The notes beneath the pieces are model-generated. The model saw only the letters and a program-made list of their open reading frames with translations, had not been told where the DNA came from and did not search any database. The position numbers were made by a program, and so were the translations under genes. DNA of 64,000 nucleotides from a bacterium (lineage in GTDB: Bacteria; Patescibacteriota; Minisyncoccia; Phycocordibacterales; UBA918). Positions 40,780 to 51,574 of this stretch are shown here, in pieces (position 1 is the first letter of the stretch; the number at the start of each line of letters is the position of its first letter). The stretch covers positions 98,077-162,076 of the forward strand of contig JAYSUD010000005.1 of assembly GCA_043719295.1 (NCBI GenBank), read 5' to 3'.

Positions 40780-41298
40780 TCACGCCGCTTCAGCCAACAA
40801 CAGGTCAAGCTCTTTGGCGAAGATGGGCCAGAGGTTGGTTTTGCCATCGGTTGGTTCGAGCCCAAGGATGGTTTTCATCACATCAGCCATATCTTGCGAC
40901 ATGCACCCGACAGTGTTTATGGTAATCCCGCCCTGTTGCAACAGTTCGCCATCTGCGTCGACCATGATGAACGTATTCGGTTCGCCCAATTGCACATTGC
41001 TGAGCAGGTCGATGTCGAAGTCGGTATCGTCAAGAATCTGCGTGATTTTGACCTTGTCGGAAACCGACAGATCTTCAAAGACGATTTCGGCCTTGACCAG
41101 CATTGCCGGATGGGATTCGGTCTTTGCCATCAGTTCAAATTGGCCTTTGATCTTGGCGCCAGAAAGACTGGTGGTGTGCAAAGGATTATTGATAGCGCTC
41201 ACGAGCATGGGCTGAGCCTTCCCGAACAGGTCGGGCATGCCCATGATCAACGCTGCCATAACTGGTGCCTGCACGAAAATCTGCTTTGGTGTGTTCAT
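40780..41298 (-). CDS. hypothetical protein
   Basis: AAGGA RBS before MNTPK; GC-rich codon style; downstream hairpin ggggcggc...gccgcccc. Confidence 0.65.
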   Translation of the reverse strand: MNTPKQIFVQAPVMAALIMGMPDLFGKAQPMLVSAINNPLHTTSLSGAKIKGQFELMAKTESHPAMLVKAEIVFEDLSVSDKVKITQILDDTDFDIDLLSNVQLGEPNTFIMVDADGELLQQGGITINTVGCMSQDMADVMKTILGLEPTDGKTNLWPIFAKELDLLLAEAA

Positions 41299-41458
41299 TG
41301 GTCGAGTCCTTTTTTTGGGCTTTTGCCCGTGGATTGACTCAAAGAGATTGCCAAAGCAACCTCCCTGAGCCGGAGAAATATAACACACCTTATGTAAAAC
41401 ACAAGGTGTGATTTAGGGTTAGTGAATACGTAAACTCTGAACTTTCGGCCTTTTAAAA

Positions 41459-41818
41459 TCAACCAACTTTTGAAAAATTGAAATCAATTTTTTTTCCACT
41501 CTCTTCATCACTTTGTTCAGGTCGACTTTCTAAATAAAAAATGGGTTTACCCATATTAAAACCTTTGGACACATAAAATTCTCCGTTCCCCATTGGCCCA
41601 GTTATGGAAACTCGAACTTCGCTGCCTGAAGCAGTTTCAATTACTTCAATGGTATGTACTGAAGAGTCACGTTCGTACATATTTCCTTCAGCATATATAC
41701 CTGAAATCTGAACCTGAACGTTTTGTCCTGGAATTTTGAAAACTGATTTTATTCTTTCACAGAATTCTGAAGCTGTTTCTGGCTTTTTTTCTGGAGTTGG
41801 TATTGTGGGCGATTCCAT
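41459..41818 (-). CDS. hypothetical protein
   Basis: Open frame with host-like composition, MESPTIPTPEKK start. Confidence 0.6.
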   Translation of the reverse strand: MESPTIPTPEKKPETASEFCERIKSVFKIPGQNVQVQISGIYAEGNMYERDSSVHTIEVIETASGSEVRVSITGPMGNGEFYVSKGFNMGKPIFYLESRPEQSDEESGKKIDFNFSKVG

Positions 41819-42249
41819 ATTCGTACAATAGTGCCACACTAACTCCAAACTTAAAAGCATCCCTAGGGTCACCCTCGAGATTGATTGCACAATCCTAGGA
41901 GTACCCTAGGGATGAAGCTTAACCAATAGGAATTAAAACAACAAAACCGCAGGTTTCGAGTCTTAAAAAAGAAAAGAAAAATGCGGTTAACGAATGGGTG
42001 GAATCAAACTAAATTTTGATTATGTGGTGAGTTCAAAGAACGATTGTTTAAAGTCACTTGGCTAAAACATAAGCCAGAAAAGAACTTGGTCATTGCGTCA
42101 GCAAGCCAATTTGCGGGTCGAGCCCTGTTTCATTCGCCAATCTGGCTACGAAACGACAAATTGTCGTGCTTCTTCAAAAGTAAACCTCTGAAGATATATA
42201 AAGTGTATACCTGTCTTTAAATTCCGCAAGTACCCTATAGGGCGAGGAT

Positions 42250-42633
42250 TTACCTCGCCCTACCTAGACGTACACTTCCTGTGCAAGAACTCTCTGCTTT
42301 TGAGACTGCGAATGTGGCAACAATCGCTTCAATCAAACATGAATCCAACTGTTGACGATTCAAATCTTCAAATACCATTTCATACCAAACAAGATGTACG
42401 GCACTTTCAAGACTCTGTTCACCACCTAAGTACGCTTCAAGCTTGCCACAGACACGGCACGAATGTGCCGATTCAATCATCTTGCTTGACCATATACATA
42501 ATGGCCCGCAAGACTGAGCCTTAATTTCGTTCTGCAGAGCAAGATAACGAGGTCTTCTTGAAAACAATAGCATCTCCTTCCTAAAGAAACATAGGACTTT
42601 CCCTGTCCTCTCAGCACCAGTAGCTTCAGACAC
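42250..42633 (-). CDS. hypothetical protein
   Basis: ORF only; start overlaps stop of ORF 42626-42841; contains CxxC. Confidence 0.35.
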   Translation of the reverse strand: MSEATGAERTGKVLCFFRKEMLLFSRRPRYLALQNEIKAQSCGPLCIWSSKMIESAHSCRVCGKLEAYLGGEQSLESAVHLVWYEMVFEDLNRQQLDSCLIEAIVATFAVSKAESSCTGSVRLGRAR

Positions 42634-42922
42634 AACAGCGTCCTTTTGGTGGACTCTTTAAAGCAGAGAGCATAAATAGGCTTAAGTCTCCACCAACATC
42701 CGCAAGACTAAGGCCAATTGCGGAAGTAATTCCGAGCGGCGGAACCGTCGACGTTTGAGCAGATATCCTATTGTTGCAGACTCTCCCCTTTATCAACCCC
42801 CGTATTGCATCACCAGTTGGACAAGTTCTATCTCCCTTCATGACCTACCTCCCTTTCTAATGTGGTCAAAAGCAACTGTACACAAAAGCGGAGCTTCGTG
42901 CAATTTGTTACTATTAACACCT

Positions 42923-45115
42923 ATGCAACCCCAAGACGAACTTACTAAACACTTCCGTATTGATGCGCCACACATTAAGGCACTAAAGAAACTTGGTGTA
43001 GCTTCCGTCAGTGACTTGCTCCACCACTTACCTGCGCGATATGAAGACGTAAGCGATATCCAGTCGGTAGGTGGACTTCAAAAAGATCAAGAAGCAATTG
43101 TGTTTGGGCAACTGTCGGGACTGAAGCTCCGTAAAGCGTGGAAAAGTAAACGGCCGATTGCTGAGGGGTACATTGAAGATGGGTCGGCTAAAATTAAAAT
43201 CATGTGGTTTAACCAGCCATACTTAGCAAAGATGTATAGCGACGGCATGTATGTAAAGATTGTAGGGAAAGTTACCGGAAGTGAAGGAAAACTGTACATC
43301 GCAAACCCCGAAGTTGAAAAACTTGATTCACTTCCGGTTGATCGTCATGATTCAATTTTTCGTAATACTGAAAACCTCGACGACACAATTTATCCCGTTT
43401 ATCGAGAGAGTAAGGGAGTAACGAGCAAGTGGTTTTACCATACGGTTTTGAAGTGTTTTGAAAAAGGAATTCTTGAAACTCTTGAAGATCCTATTCCAAG
43501 CGAAATTCTCAAACGCTATAACCTCCCCGATTTAAAAACAGCACTTGTGTGGATTCACTCACCAAAAAAAGCTGATCATGCACAAAGCGCACGAAAGCGT
43601 TTTGCATTTGAAGAAGTTTTTTATATTCAAATTCAAAACGCAGAATCTCGTAAAGAAGCCAACGCCGCAACAACCTACCAATTCAAAACAGACAAGGCGC
43701 ATCTTAACGCATTTACTGAACGGTTCCCCTTTGAGTTAACAAAAGCTCAAAAGACTTCTATTGATACCATCTTAGAAAACTTCAACGGCAACTACGCAAT
43801 GTCCCGATTGCTTGAGGGGGATGTGGGAAGCGGGAAAACAGCAGTTGCAGCAACAACCGCGTATGCCGTTGCAACGTCTCGCCCACCTGAGGGTACTAAA
43901 GCAATTGAGAAAGGAACGCAGGTTGCCTTCGGCAACTTACAAGTAGCCTACATGGCACCAACGGAGATTTTGGCAAAACAACACTTTGAAAGTTTTATTG
44001 AATACTTCAAACATCTCCCTATTTCAATTGGCCTTATCACCGGAAGTGGTTGTCAAAAGTTTCCGAGCAAAAGTGATCCAAGTAAACCAACTAACATAAG
44101 TAAGGCACAGCTGTTGAAGTGGGTTAAAAACGGCGAGATACCAATTTTGATTGGAACGCATGCTCTCATCTATAAGAGTGTTGAATTTAAACATTTAGCA
44201 TACGTGATTATTGACGAGCAGCATCGATTTGGAACCAACCAGCGTAAGGCCCTCGCAAAGAAAGATGCGCGGATGCCCCACCTCTTATCGATGACTGCAA
44301 CCCCAATTCCCCGTACACTTGCCTTAACCATTTACGGCGACCTCGACATTACGCTTCTTGATGAAATGCCAAAAGGACGCAAGCCAGTGATTACAAAAAT
44401 CATCGGGCCCGGTCAAGAAAAACCAATGTATGAGCACGTCAGAGAAGAACTTAAAAATGGCCGACAAGCCTACGTCATTTGTCCCCGCATTGATGAACCA
44501 GACCCGGAAAAAGAAAATGCATTTAACTTAAAGAGTGTCAAAGCAGAAGCATTACGATTGCAGAAAGATGTGTTTCAGGAGTACGTTATCGGAGTGATGC
44601 ATGGGAAAATGACGCCAAGTGAGAAAGATAAAGTGATGGCAGAATTTTACGCACACAAAATTGACGTGCTTGTTGCAACATCAGTAGTTGAAGTTGGAGT
44701 GAATGTACCAAACGCAACCAACATTATCATAGAAGGAGCAGAACGTTTTGGACTTTCACAACTCCATCAACTCCGAGGACGAGTAATCCGTGGGACACAC
44801 CAACCATACTGCTTTGCGGTAAGCGAAAGTAAAAGTGAGAAAACTAAAGAACGTCTGAAGGCCCTCACTACCGCAAAAAATGGATTTGAACTTGCCGAAT
44901 ACGACCTTACCTTTAGAGGTGGAGGTGAACTCTATGGAGCAAAACAGTCAGGGCTTTCTGATTTAGGTATGGAAGCAATCAAAAATTTAAAACTTGTTGA
45001 AGCGGCACGAACTGAATCGTACAAACTTGTTGATGACAATAAAAACCTTTCAGAAACTCATCCTCAGATTGCGAAGCGTGTTCTTCTCTTGGGAGAAAGA
45101 CTGCACATGGAGTAG
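42923..45115 (+). CDS. recG: ATP-dependent DNA helicase RecG
   Basis: WFNQPY, GDVGSGKT, MAPTEILA.QH, DEQHRFG, MTATPIPRTL, QLHQLRGRV. Confidence 0.97.
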   Translation: MQPQDELTKHFRIDAPHIKALKKLGVASVSDLLHHLPARYEDVSDIQSVGGLQKDQEAIVFGQLSGLKLRKAWKSKRPIAEGYIEDGSAKIKIMWFNQPYLAKMYSDGMYVKIVGKVTGSEGKLYIANPEVEKLDSLPVDRHDSIFRNTENLDDTIYPVYRESKGVTSKWFYHTVLKCFEKGILETLEDPIPSEILKRYNLPDLKTALVWIHSPKKADHAQSARKRFAFEEVFYIQIQNAESRKEANAATTYQFKTDKAHLNAFTERFPFELTKAQKTSIDTILENFNGNYAMSRLLEGDVGSGKTAVAATTAYAVATSRPPEGTKAIEKGTQVAFGNLQVAYMAPTEILAKQHFESFIEYFKHLPISIGLITGSGCQKFPSKSDPSKPTNISKAQLLKWVKNGEIPILIGTHALIYKSVEFKHLAYVIIDEQHRFGTNQRKALAKKDARMPHLLSMTATPIPRTLALTIYGDLDITLLDEMPKGRKPVITKIIGPGQEKPMYEHVREELKNGRQAYVICPRIDEPDPEKENAFNLKSVKAEALRLQKDVFQEYVIGVMHGKMTPSEKDKVMAEFYAHKIDVLVATSVVEVGVNVPNATNIIIEGAERFGLSQLHQLRGRVIRGTHQPYCFAVSESKSEKTKERLKALTTAKNGFELAEYDLTFRGGGELYGAKQSGLSDLGMEAIKNLKLVEAARTESYKLVDDNKNLSETHPQIAKRVLLLGERLHME

Positions 45116-45167
45116 GAAAACAAACATAATTCGACGGTATATTAAAACACGCGTATACTTGCACTCT

Positions 45168-45797
45168 ATGACTACAAAAGAATCACTGGCGTGGAGATAC
45201 GCAACACAACAATTTGATCTAACTAAGACAATCCCTGAAGATGACTTAACGTACATTCTTGAAGCAGGCAATTTGAGCGCAACCGCATATGGACTCCAAC
45301 CATTTTTATTTGTGGTTGTAACCGATCAAGCAAAAAAAGATGCACTTATCCCTGCTGCATACAATCAAGAACATGCGGGTAAAAATAGTGCACTTATTGT
45401 GCTTGCAGTACGTACTGATGTTGATGAGGCATACATAACTGAATACTCAACACGTATTGAAACTATTCGAGGTTTACCCGAAGGAACAGTAGACGGATTC
45501 AAACAAGCAATGATGAATGATCTACCTAACCGAACGCCAGAAGCACGACTCACCTGGTCACAAAAGCAGGCATACATTGCACTTGGTACACTGATGGTAG
45601 CAGCTTCAGAAAGAGGGGTTGATAATCATGCGATGGAAGGATTTAACCCCACTTCCTTTAATGAGATTTTAGGACTGGATGCACTCAATCTTCATGCAAC
45701 CGTCATCCTTGCTCTCGGCTACCGATCAAGTGAAGACCAAACACAACACTATGCAAAAGTACGTAAACAACTTGATGACATTGTAGTACGAATGTAA
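45168..45797 (+). CDS. nitroreductase family NAD(P)H oxidoreductase
   Basis: WRYAT..FD, YGLQP, QAYIALG, MEGF, GYR. Confidence 0.92.
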   Translation: MTTKESLAWRYATQQFDLTKTIPEDDLTYILEAGNLSATAYGLQPFLFVVVTDQAKKDALIPAAYNQEHAGKNSALIVLAVRTDVDEAYITEYSTRIETIRGLPEGTVDGFKQAMMNDLPNRTPEARLTWSQKQAYIALGTLMVAASERGVDNHAMEGFNPTSFNEILGLDALNLHATVILALGYRSSEDQTQHYAKVRKQLDDIVVRM

Positions 45798-45889
45798 CCC
45801 CCACAACTAAGTTAGTTTGCATACTCAGAAAACCGGCTTCATGTCGGTTTTTCTTTATCTTAAAACTTGCTACAGTTACTCTATACTCT

Positions 45890-46615
45890 ATGTTTGATTT
45901 CCTTATTCGGGCACTTACCCACCCTCATGACTACATCACGATGTTTAATAAACACGTTATTACTCTTACACAAATTATTCAAGAGTCTCCAACTATCTAT
46001 TCTTTTATTTTTACTCACAAAAAACCTCTTTCATGGAAAGCAGGACAACATGCAATCTTCTATTTCCCCCATACAAAAATTGCCGGTAAGGTATGGCGAC
46101 CTTTTTCAATTGCATCATCGTCACATGAAGGCGTTATCCGTATAAGTACCATAATCACAAATACACCAAGTGATTTTAAGAGACAGTTACTATTGCTCAC
46201 CCTTGGTGACACACTCATGATGAATGGTCCATTTGGAGAATTCCATATTTCAAATGAAATACATCAGATTGTCGGAGTTGCAGGAGGAATCGGTATCACC
46301 CCTTTTCGGGCGATACTCACGGATATCTCACTTGGAATTATTACTGATACAAAAATTGCCCTTATTTATTCAGCAGTTGATACGTATACCTACAAACAAG
46401 AAATCGATATGCTCGCGCAACACCCATCAATTGAAGTCATCTATACGAAGACACCAGAAGAAGTAAACAAGGCTCTTGATGCACAGGTGGCACTCCACCA
46501 AAATAGTGCAGAGTACTTCATCTCAGGGTCACCTCGGATGATTGGTGCAATTAAAAAGTCACTTAAAGAAAAGGGGGTGAAGAAAATCGTAAACGACCCA
46601 TTTAAGGGATACTAA
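45890..46615 (+). CDS. FAD/NAD(P)-binding oxidoreductase (FNR-like)
   Basis: GQH, RPFSIASS, GPFG.F, AGGIGITPF, SGSP.M, F.GY. Confidence 0.9.
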   Translation: MFDFLIRALTHPHDYITMFNKHVITLTQIIQESPTIYSFIFTHKKPLSWKAGQHAIFYFPHTKIAGKVWRPFSIASSSHEGVIRISTIITNTPSDFKRQLLLLTLGDTLMMNGPFGEFHISNEIHQIVGVAGGIGITPFRAILTDISLGIITDTKIALIYSAVDTYTYKQEIDMLAQHPSIEVIYTKTPEEVNKALDAQVALHQNSAEYFISGSPRMIGAIKKSLKEKGVKKIVNDPFKGY

Positions 46616-46688
46616 TTGCAACACAAACCACTTTTCTTTCAATTGAGCAGAATCAACTTTTACGGTATAGTTTGTACCGACCAACCAT

Positions 46689-46762
46689 CCGCCCTTAGCT
46701 CAGTTGGTTAGAGCATGGAGCTTATACCTCCAGGGTCCCACGTTCGAGTCGTGGAGGGCGGA
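46689..46762 (+). tRNA. tRNA-Ile with UAU anticodon
   Basis: CCGCCCT/AGGGCGG acceptor, A73, TGGAG-CTTATAC-CTCCA anticodon arm, GTTCGAGT T loop. Confidence 0.9.
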
Positions 46763-46911
46763 CAAAAATTGAATTCATATACAAAAATGGTCATTGGTTC
46801 GCACCACAAGAGTATTTCCGTTTTCTAATTCCTTTCAGTCATAAAAAAACTAGGTCAGTCCAAGAGGTCAGACACAGTATATCTCTTTTATATTTTGAAA
46901 AAAATCCTAGT

Positions 46912-47569
46912 CTAGGAATAGATACTTCGTAAGTATCGGATGCCTTCTATCACATATTCGTACATATCTCTATCGTGATATGAAACAACGCACGTACCGT
47001 AATTAAACATTCCTTTGTACGTCCTTGCTTCCGCAGAAGTATTTTTTACATACGTTTTATTAAAGTTTTGCATTGGTATACTTAGATGCTTACACCAAAA
47101 TTCTTTAAGCTCATCTTCATTTTGATTAGTATACGTATGTAGTTTAACTTTAAGTTCGTCCCTTAAGACACCCATATTTTCAAGCCACATGACAAAACAT
47201 TTTACAACAGCAGGATCTGAGTTAGTTAATGACGTCGTATATTCGGCTGATTTTGTACCTTCATCCCAATAAAGGTAAAAGCCTGCAATAAATTCAAGAT
47301 TTCTACTACAGGAAATGTCATGTGATACTTTTTTAAATACAACACTCCTCCTATCATCTTTTTTCTTCTGCATAGTCATTCGATATTTCTCAATTCGAAT
47401 CTCAGAATTCGCTCGTAATTCATTAATACGCTTTTTTTGAAAGTGGCATGTCACTTAACCATCCGCTAAGGGTACTTTTACTGATTCCTATTTCGGTTTT
47501 TATTTGAGAATAGCTCATCCCTTTCTTTCTTAAGGTAATTGCTTTTAGTTTATTTTTCGAACGTACCAT
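46912..47569 (-). pseudogene. HTH plus degenerate LAGLIDADG-like gene with a 1-nt frameshift
   Basis: GMSYSQIK..IGISKSTLSGWL HTH in one frame; GFYLYWDEG, NSDP, FW...L.IP, YG in another; join at A7 run 47432-47438; paralog of 3601-4269. Confidence 0.75.
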
Positions 47570-47728
47570 ACATATTATATAATTTACATTCCTTAGTTCG
47601 ATTATATCACACACCAAAACCTCACAACGACATATTATGAACATTGCCATTTCCCTGTTTTCCGTTAGACTACGCAACAGACTATCCGCCTAATTACTCA
47701 CACAGAGAAAACACAAGGAGAGTACACT

Positions 47729-48610
47729 ATGCCGAAAGAGATCTTTGACGTGGGCATCGCCGCTGGCATGCTCAAAAAAGCGAGCGACTTCAACAGGCGT
47801 GCACTTTCGAGTATCGCTTCAACAGCACTCGGCTCATTTACGCTTCTTTCGAGACAAGGAAACCCTGAGCCGAATTCGTACTGGGATGCAGCATCCAAAA
47901 CCGGGTTCAATGCCATTGGACTCAGGAACCAAAGCCTTACTACATTCTTCGAGGAAGATGCCCCTTTGCTTCGCAAACTCTTTGCGGAAACAGGCGCACA
48001 GGCCGACATCAGCCTCGCGCCAACCGAAAGTGGCGAACTGAAGAGAATGTGCCAAGTGCTTCGACAGCAACCAAGAATTCTCCCTATTCGCTTGGTTGAA
48101 GTGAACGCGGCATGCCCAAATCATCGTAAGGGCGAAAACCTGCAACCAATTCTCGCGTACGACCCTGTCGCGCTTGATGCACTTTTGATGGAGGCGAAGG
48201 ATTGCCCCTTCTCGATTTCACTCAAGATTGCTCCGGATACCAACGAGGCGACGCTCTTTGAAATCGTGCAACTTTGTGTCAAGTACGGTGTGTCCGAAAT
48301 TGTCTCGGGAAACACCCGTCGCACTGAGGCAGTCTGGAACGGGAAGTCTGTTCTCTCTGTTCCTTATGGAGGACTGTCAGGAGCACCTTTGTTTGACAAC
48401 GCGGTCGAACAGGTTGCAACCCTCAAGGCGATGATTGAGGCACAGAGAAGTCTTATCAAGGTTCGTGGAATCGGTGGAATCTTCACACCCGAAGATATCG
48501 CAATCATGCGCAATGCGGGTGCAGATAGTGTAAGCGTCGCATCACTGTTCTACTTCGGTGGCGGGTGGGACGCAGTTGCCGATCTTTCTACAAGCTTCAA
48601 TCTACGCTGA
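47729..48610 (+). CDS. divergent dihydroorotate dehydrogenase-like flavoprotein
   Basis: GIAAG, GNPEP, NAIGL.N, EVNAACPN, KIAP, NT, GGLSG, GIGGI; AAGGAG RBS. Confidence 0.8.
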   Translation: MPKEIFDVGIAAGMLKKASDFNRRALSSIASTALGSFTLLSRQGNPEPNSYWDAASKTGFNAIGLRNQSLTTFFEEDAPLLRKLFAETGAQADISLAPTESGELKRMCQVLRQQPRILPIRLVEVNAACPNHRKGENLQPILAYDPVALDALLMEAKDCPFSISLKIAPDTNEATLFEIVQLCVKYGVSEIVSGNTRRTEAVWNGKSVLSVPYGGLSGAPLFDNAVEQVATLKAMIEAQRSLIKVRGIGGIFTPEDIAIMRNAGADSVSVASLFYFGGGWDAVADLSTSFNLR

Positions 48611-48777
48611 AGCAAAACACATGTTCACGGTGGGCGTTTAGGCGCCCACCTGTACAACACTGCTCTTCACCCACACTTTCCCTACAGCTTCCCTGTTAGG
48701 GAATTTTTTGTTATGGTACAGGCGGACGTTTTTTTGACACGACCCTGTTTCGCATCAACAACTAGAGAGGACAAACA

Positions 48778-49827
48778 ATGACGCAAAGTCTCACAATACG
48801 CAGACCTGACGATCTCCATCTCCATCTTCGTGACAAAGAGATGCTTGAAAGAATTCTTCCTGAGAGTGCTCGTCACTTTAGGCGAGCACTTATCATGCCG
48901 AACCTCGTACCTCCTGTTGTGACAGAGGCAGAGGCAGTTGCCTATCATCAACGAATTTTGGCAGCATTGCCAAAAGGAGCAGAATTCACTCCTTTGATGA
49001 CGGTGTATTTGACTGAACACACTAACGCAAACGACGTTGCTCGTGCCTATGCAAATGGCAACATACGTGCGGTGAAGCTTTATCCAGCCGGTGCCACCAC
49101 AAACAGCCATGGCGGAGTTGGCAACTTCGACAACGTCCAAGGTGTCTTGGAAAAAATGAATGAAGTTGGCATCCCACTTTGTGTTCATGGCGAGGTTACT
49201 GATCCAGCGGTTGATATCTTTGATCGTGAGGCAGTTTTCATCGACAAGGTGCTTGAACCTTTGCGACAGAGAAATCTTGGACTTAAAGTCGTAATGGAGC
49301 ATATCACGACTGAAGACGCTGTGGATTATGTGAAAGATAATGACGGCGACAATCTTGCTGCCACCCTTACCACCCATCATCTCATCATCAATCGGAACCA
49401 CTTGCTAGTTGGAGGAATTAAACCCCACTACTACTGCTTGCCAATTGCAAAACGTGAAAAGCACCGCCTTGCACTTGTGAAGGCAGCGACATCAGGCGAT
49501 CCAAGATACTTTCTTGGGACAGACAGTGCACCGCATTTCGACAGTCTCAAGGAACACGCATGTGGATGTGCCGGTTGCTTCACTGCAACCAATTCCATCT
49601 CAATTCTTGCACATGTGTTCGAGAAGGAAAATGCACTACTGAAGCTAGAGGACTATACCTCACGTTTCGGTGCCGAATTCTACGGACTTCCACTGAATGA
49701 GGGGACTTTGACCCTGATGAAGGAAGAGGCTCAGGTCATCTATCCAAGCAAGATTCTGATTGCTGGTGGCGAATCGGTGACGGTCTTTGATCCAGGATTT
49801 CCAATCCATTGGCGTGTTGAGGCATAA
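48778..49827 (+). CDS. pyrC: dihydroorotase, homodimeric (E. coli PyrC) type
   Basis: [51 protein letters not shown]. Confidence 0.96.
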   Translation: MTQSLTIRRPDDLHLHLRDKEMLERILPESARHFRRALIMPNLVPPVVTEAEAVAYHQRILAALPKGAEFTPLMTVYLTEHTNANDVARAYANGNIRAVKLYPAGATTNSHGGVGNFDNVQGVLEKMNEVGIPLCVHGEVTDPAVDIFDREAVFIDKVLEPLRQRNLGLKVVMEHITTEDAVDYVKDNDGDNLAATLTTHHLIINRNHLLVGGIKPHYYCLPIAKREKHRLALVKAATSGDPRYFLGTDSAPHFDSLKEHACGCAGCFTATNSISILAHVFEKENALLKLEDYTSRFGAEFYGLPLNEGTLTLMKEEAQVIYPSKILIAGGESVTVFDPGFPIHWRVEA

Positions 49828-49932
49828 TACTGGAATATTTTGCACTTGCAGAATATTTCAAAACGCGGGCTGTGAAAATTGGCCCGCGTTTTTCTATGTC
49901 TGCGTTATTTAATATTGTTTTTACCCACACAC

Positions 49933-49957
49933 AAAAAAGCGGCCAAAGGCCGCTTTT
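49933..49957. terminator. bidirectional terminator
   Basis: aaaaaagcggcc-aaa-ggccgctttt. Confidence 0.6.
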
Positions 49958-49983
49958 AATTTTTGGAATGTACTACCTACTAG

Positions 49984-51405
49984 CTAGTTACTTTGAAATA
50001 AACTTGCACTTGAAGGGTTCGTGACAGCAATGGTCTTTGTGTATGTTTTAGGAGCTCCAGTATTTTGCAAGAGATTGAGGGTTACCGTGTACCTTCCTGC
50101 TCTTGCATAGGTGTGTACGCGCGTTACTTCAGTAATTGCTAGTGTACACGCAAGTTGTGTAGACGCAGCTACTTTATCTTCTCCAGTGCCATCACCCCAC
50201 GTAATCGCATATCCCTGACAACCATTAGTTAACGAAAATTTTGCAGTTGCTGTAAGTCCTGTAACCGCAACAGCAAGTTCTTGTGTTGATGAGGCCACTT
50301 TCTTTACAACTTCCCAACTTCCATTTCTACAAACGTATGAACGGTCAGAGCTTAAATAACGATTTGAAGTAAATCCACTATTGCTTGTACGTGTCTCACC
50401 CTCTTGATAGGTTTGACGGTCATTGGTACATACACGAGCTTTTTTAGCTAACGCAATGAGCTTTGCAATATCACCAGTGTATCCACTATCTCTAAAAGCA
50501 CTGTCTCTGTTAGCATCTGTACATCCACGACTAACACAAACACTCACAACCACCTGTGTTCTATTTTTAAGCTTAATAGTGTATACCGCAGGCCCGTCAA
50601 AAAGTGTTTTTGATGAATCAAGTGTCACTGAAGCAACATCATCAAATCCATATGTAGTAGAGACTGAAGTCGCAAGAGCTAACAATGCATCAATATTTCC
50701 TGTGTAACCCGTTGCTTTCACTTGGTTTTCAAAAGCACCAAGTGGGGTAAAGCCTCTTTTAAATGTATGCACTTTCCCACTCTTAAGTGTAACGGTATAG
50801 AGCGTGTATTCATCATCAATTGCTAGCGGTATTGGGTCAACTGATTTTTTTGTTACTGATTGTACATCAGCAAGTGTGTAACTTTTGACTTGAGGATTAC
50901 ATTGTGCCTTCATTTTTTCACGGGTATTTTGTCCAAAAACACCATACCCAGTAGTAGCTGGTGTACCAGAGGTCACCACTCCGTTTGCTTTCTGCCAATT
51001 CTGTACAGCCCGTTCTGTTGATGGTCCATAAAAACCAGTAATACTTCCGTGTGAATAATGACCAGTTTTAGTAAGATAACTTTGCAATTTTCCTACTTCA
51101 CCACCTGAAGTTGCGTCAGTAGACCCAAGTTTTAGAGTTCGTGTGAGTGGAGTACAAGCTCCTGATGGTGTAGAACTCGCATTTCCAATATGTGCAGTAT
51201 CTTTTTGTAGTAACGCAATTTGAGCCATCAGATCTTTAATCATCTTTTCAAGGTTTGCAAGCGTGGTGGCTTGTGTTTGCGCTTGAGAAGTTGTCTGTAC
51301 CTGTGCTTGTGCTGGCAAGGAAAACGCCAACAGGACTACTGTTGCAAGAAAACAACTTGCGAGCACTGTCCGCATCTTGTTTGTATTAAATACTTTGTGA
51401 TTCAT
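49984..51405 (-). CDS. secreted protein with peptidoglycan-binding and PKD-like domains
   Basis: Signal peptide; V.KLQ.YL...TGFYGP.T..AV..WQ; two internal repeats ending GYTG.I..L.ALA; WGDG...HTY...G.YTV. Confidence 0.82.
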   Translation of the reverse strand: MNHKVFNTNKMRTVLASCFLATVVLLAFSLPAQAQVQTTSQAQTQATTLANLEKMIKDLMAQIALLQKDTAHIGNASSTPSGACTPLTRTLKLGSTDATSGGEVGKLQSYLTKTGHYSHGSITGFYGPSTERAVQNWQKANGVVTSGTPATTGYGVFGQNTREKMKAQCNPQVKSYTLADVQSVTKKSVDPIPLAIDDEYTLYTVTLKSGKVHTFKRGFTPLGAFENQVKATGYTGNIDALLALATSVSTTYGFDDVASVTLDSSKTLFDGPAVYTIKLKNRTQVVVSVCVSRGCTDANRDSAFRDSGYTGDIAKLIALAKKARVCTNDRQTYQEGETRTSNSGFTSNRYLSSDRSYVCRNGSWEVVKKVASSTQELAVAVTGLTATAKFSLTNGCQGYAITWGDGTGEDKVAASTQLACTLAITEVTRVHTYARAGRYTVTLNLLQNTGAPKTYTKTIAVTNPSSASLFQSN

Positions 51406-51574
51406 ATACTGTGTGTAATAAATTTTAAATAAATTGAAATGGCACCGGCAGCAAGCCGATGCCTCCATCCATATATGGTAACACCAAAAAATACCCAAAA
51501 GAATTGTCATGGGGACATAATAAAAAGTAAGATGTCCAACACCTTACTTTTTATTGCATCCCTTAGTAAAAACT

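Noticed and set aside
39130-42860. Integron cassette array
   Set aside because: No integrase and no convincing RYYYAAC…GTTRRRY-bounded attC sites by eye; hairpins look like terminators. A computational attC scan is still needed.
47423-47445. Programmed -1 ribosomal frameshift at the A-rich run
   Set aside because: Joining the frames needs +1 (loss of one A), not -1.
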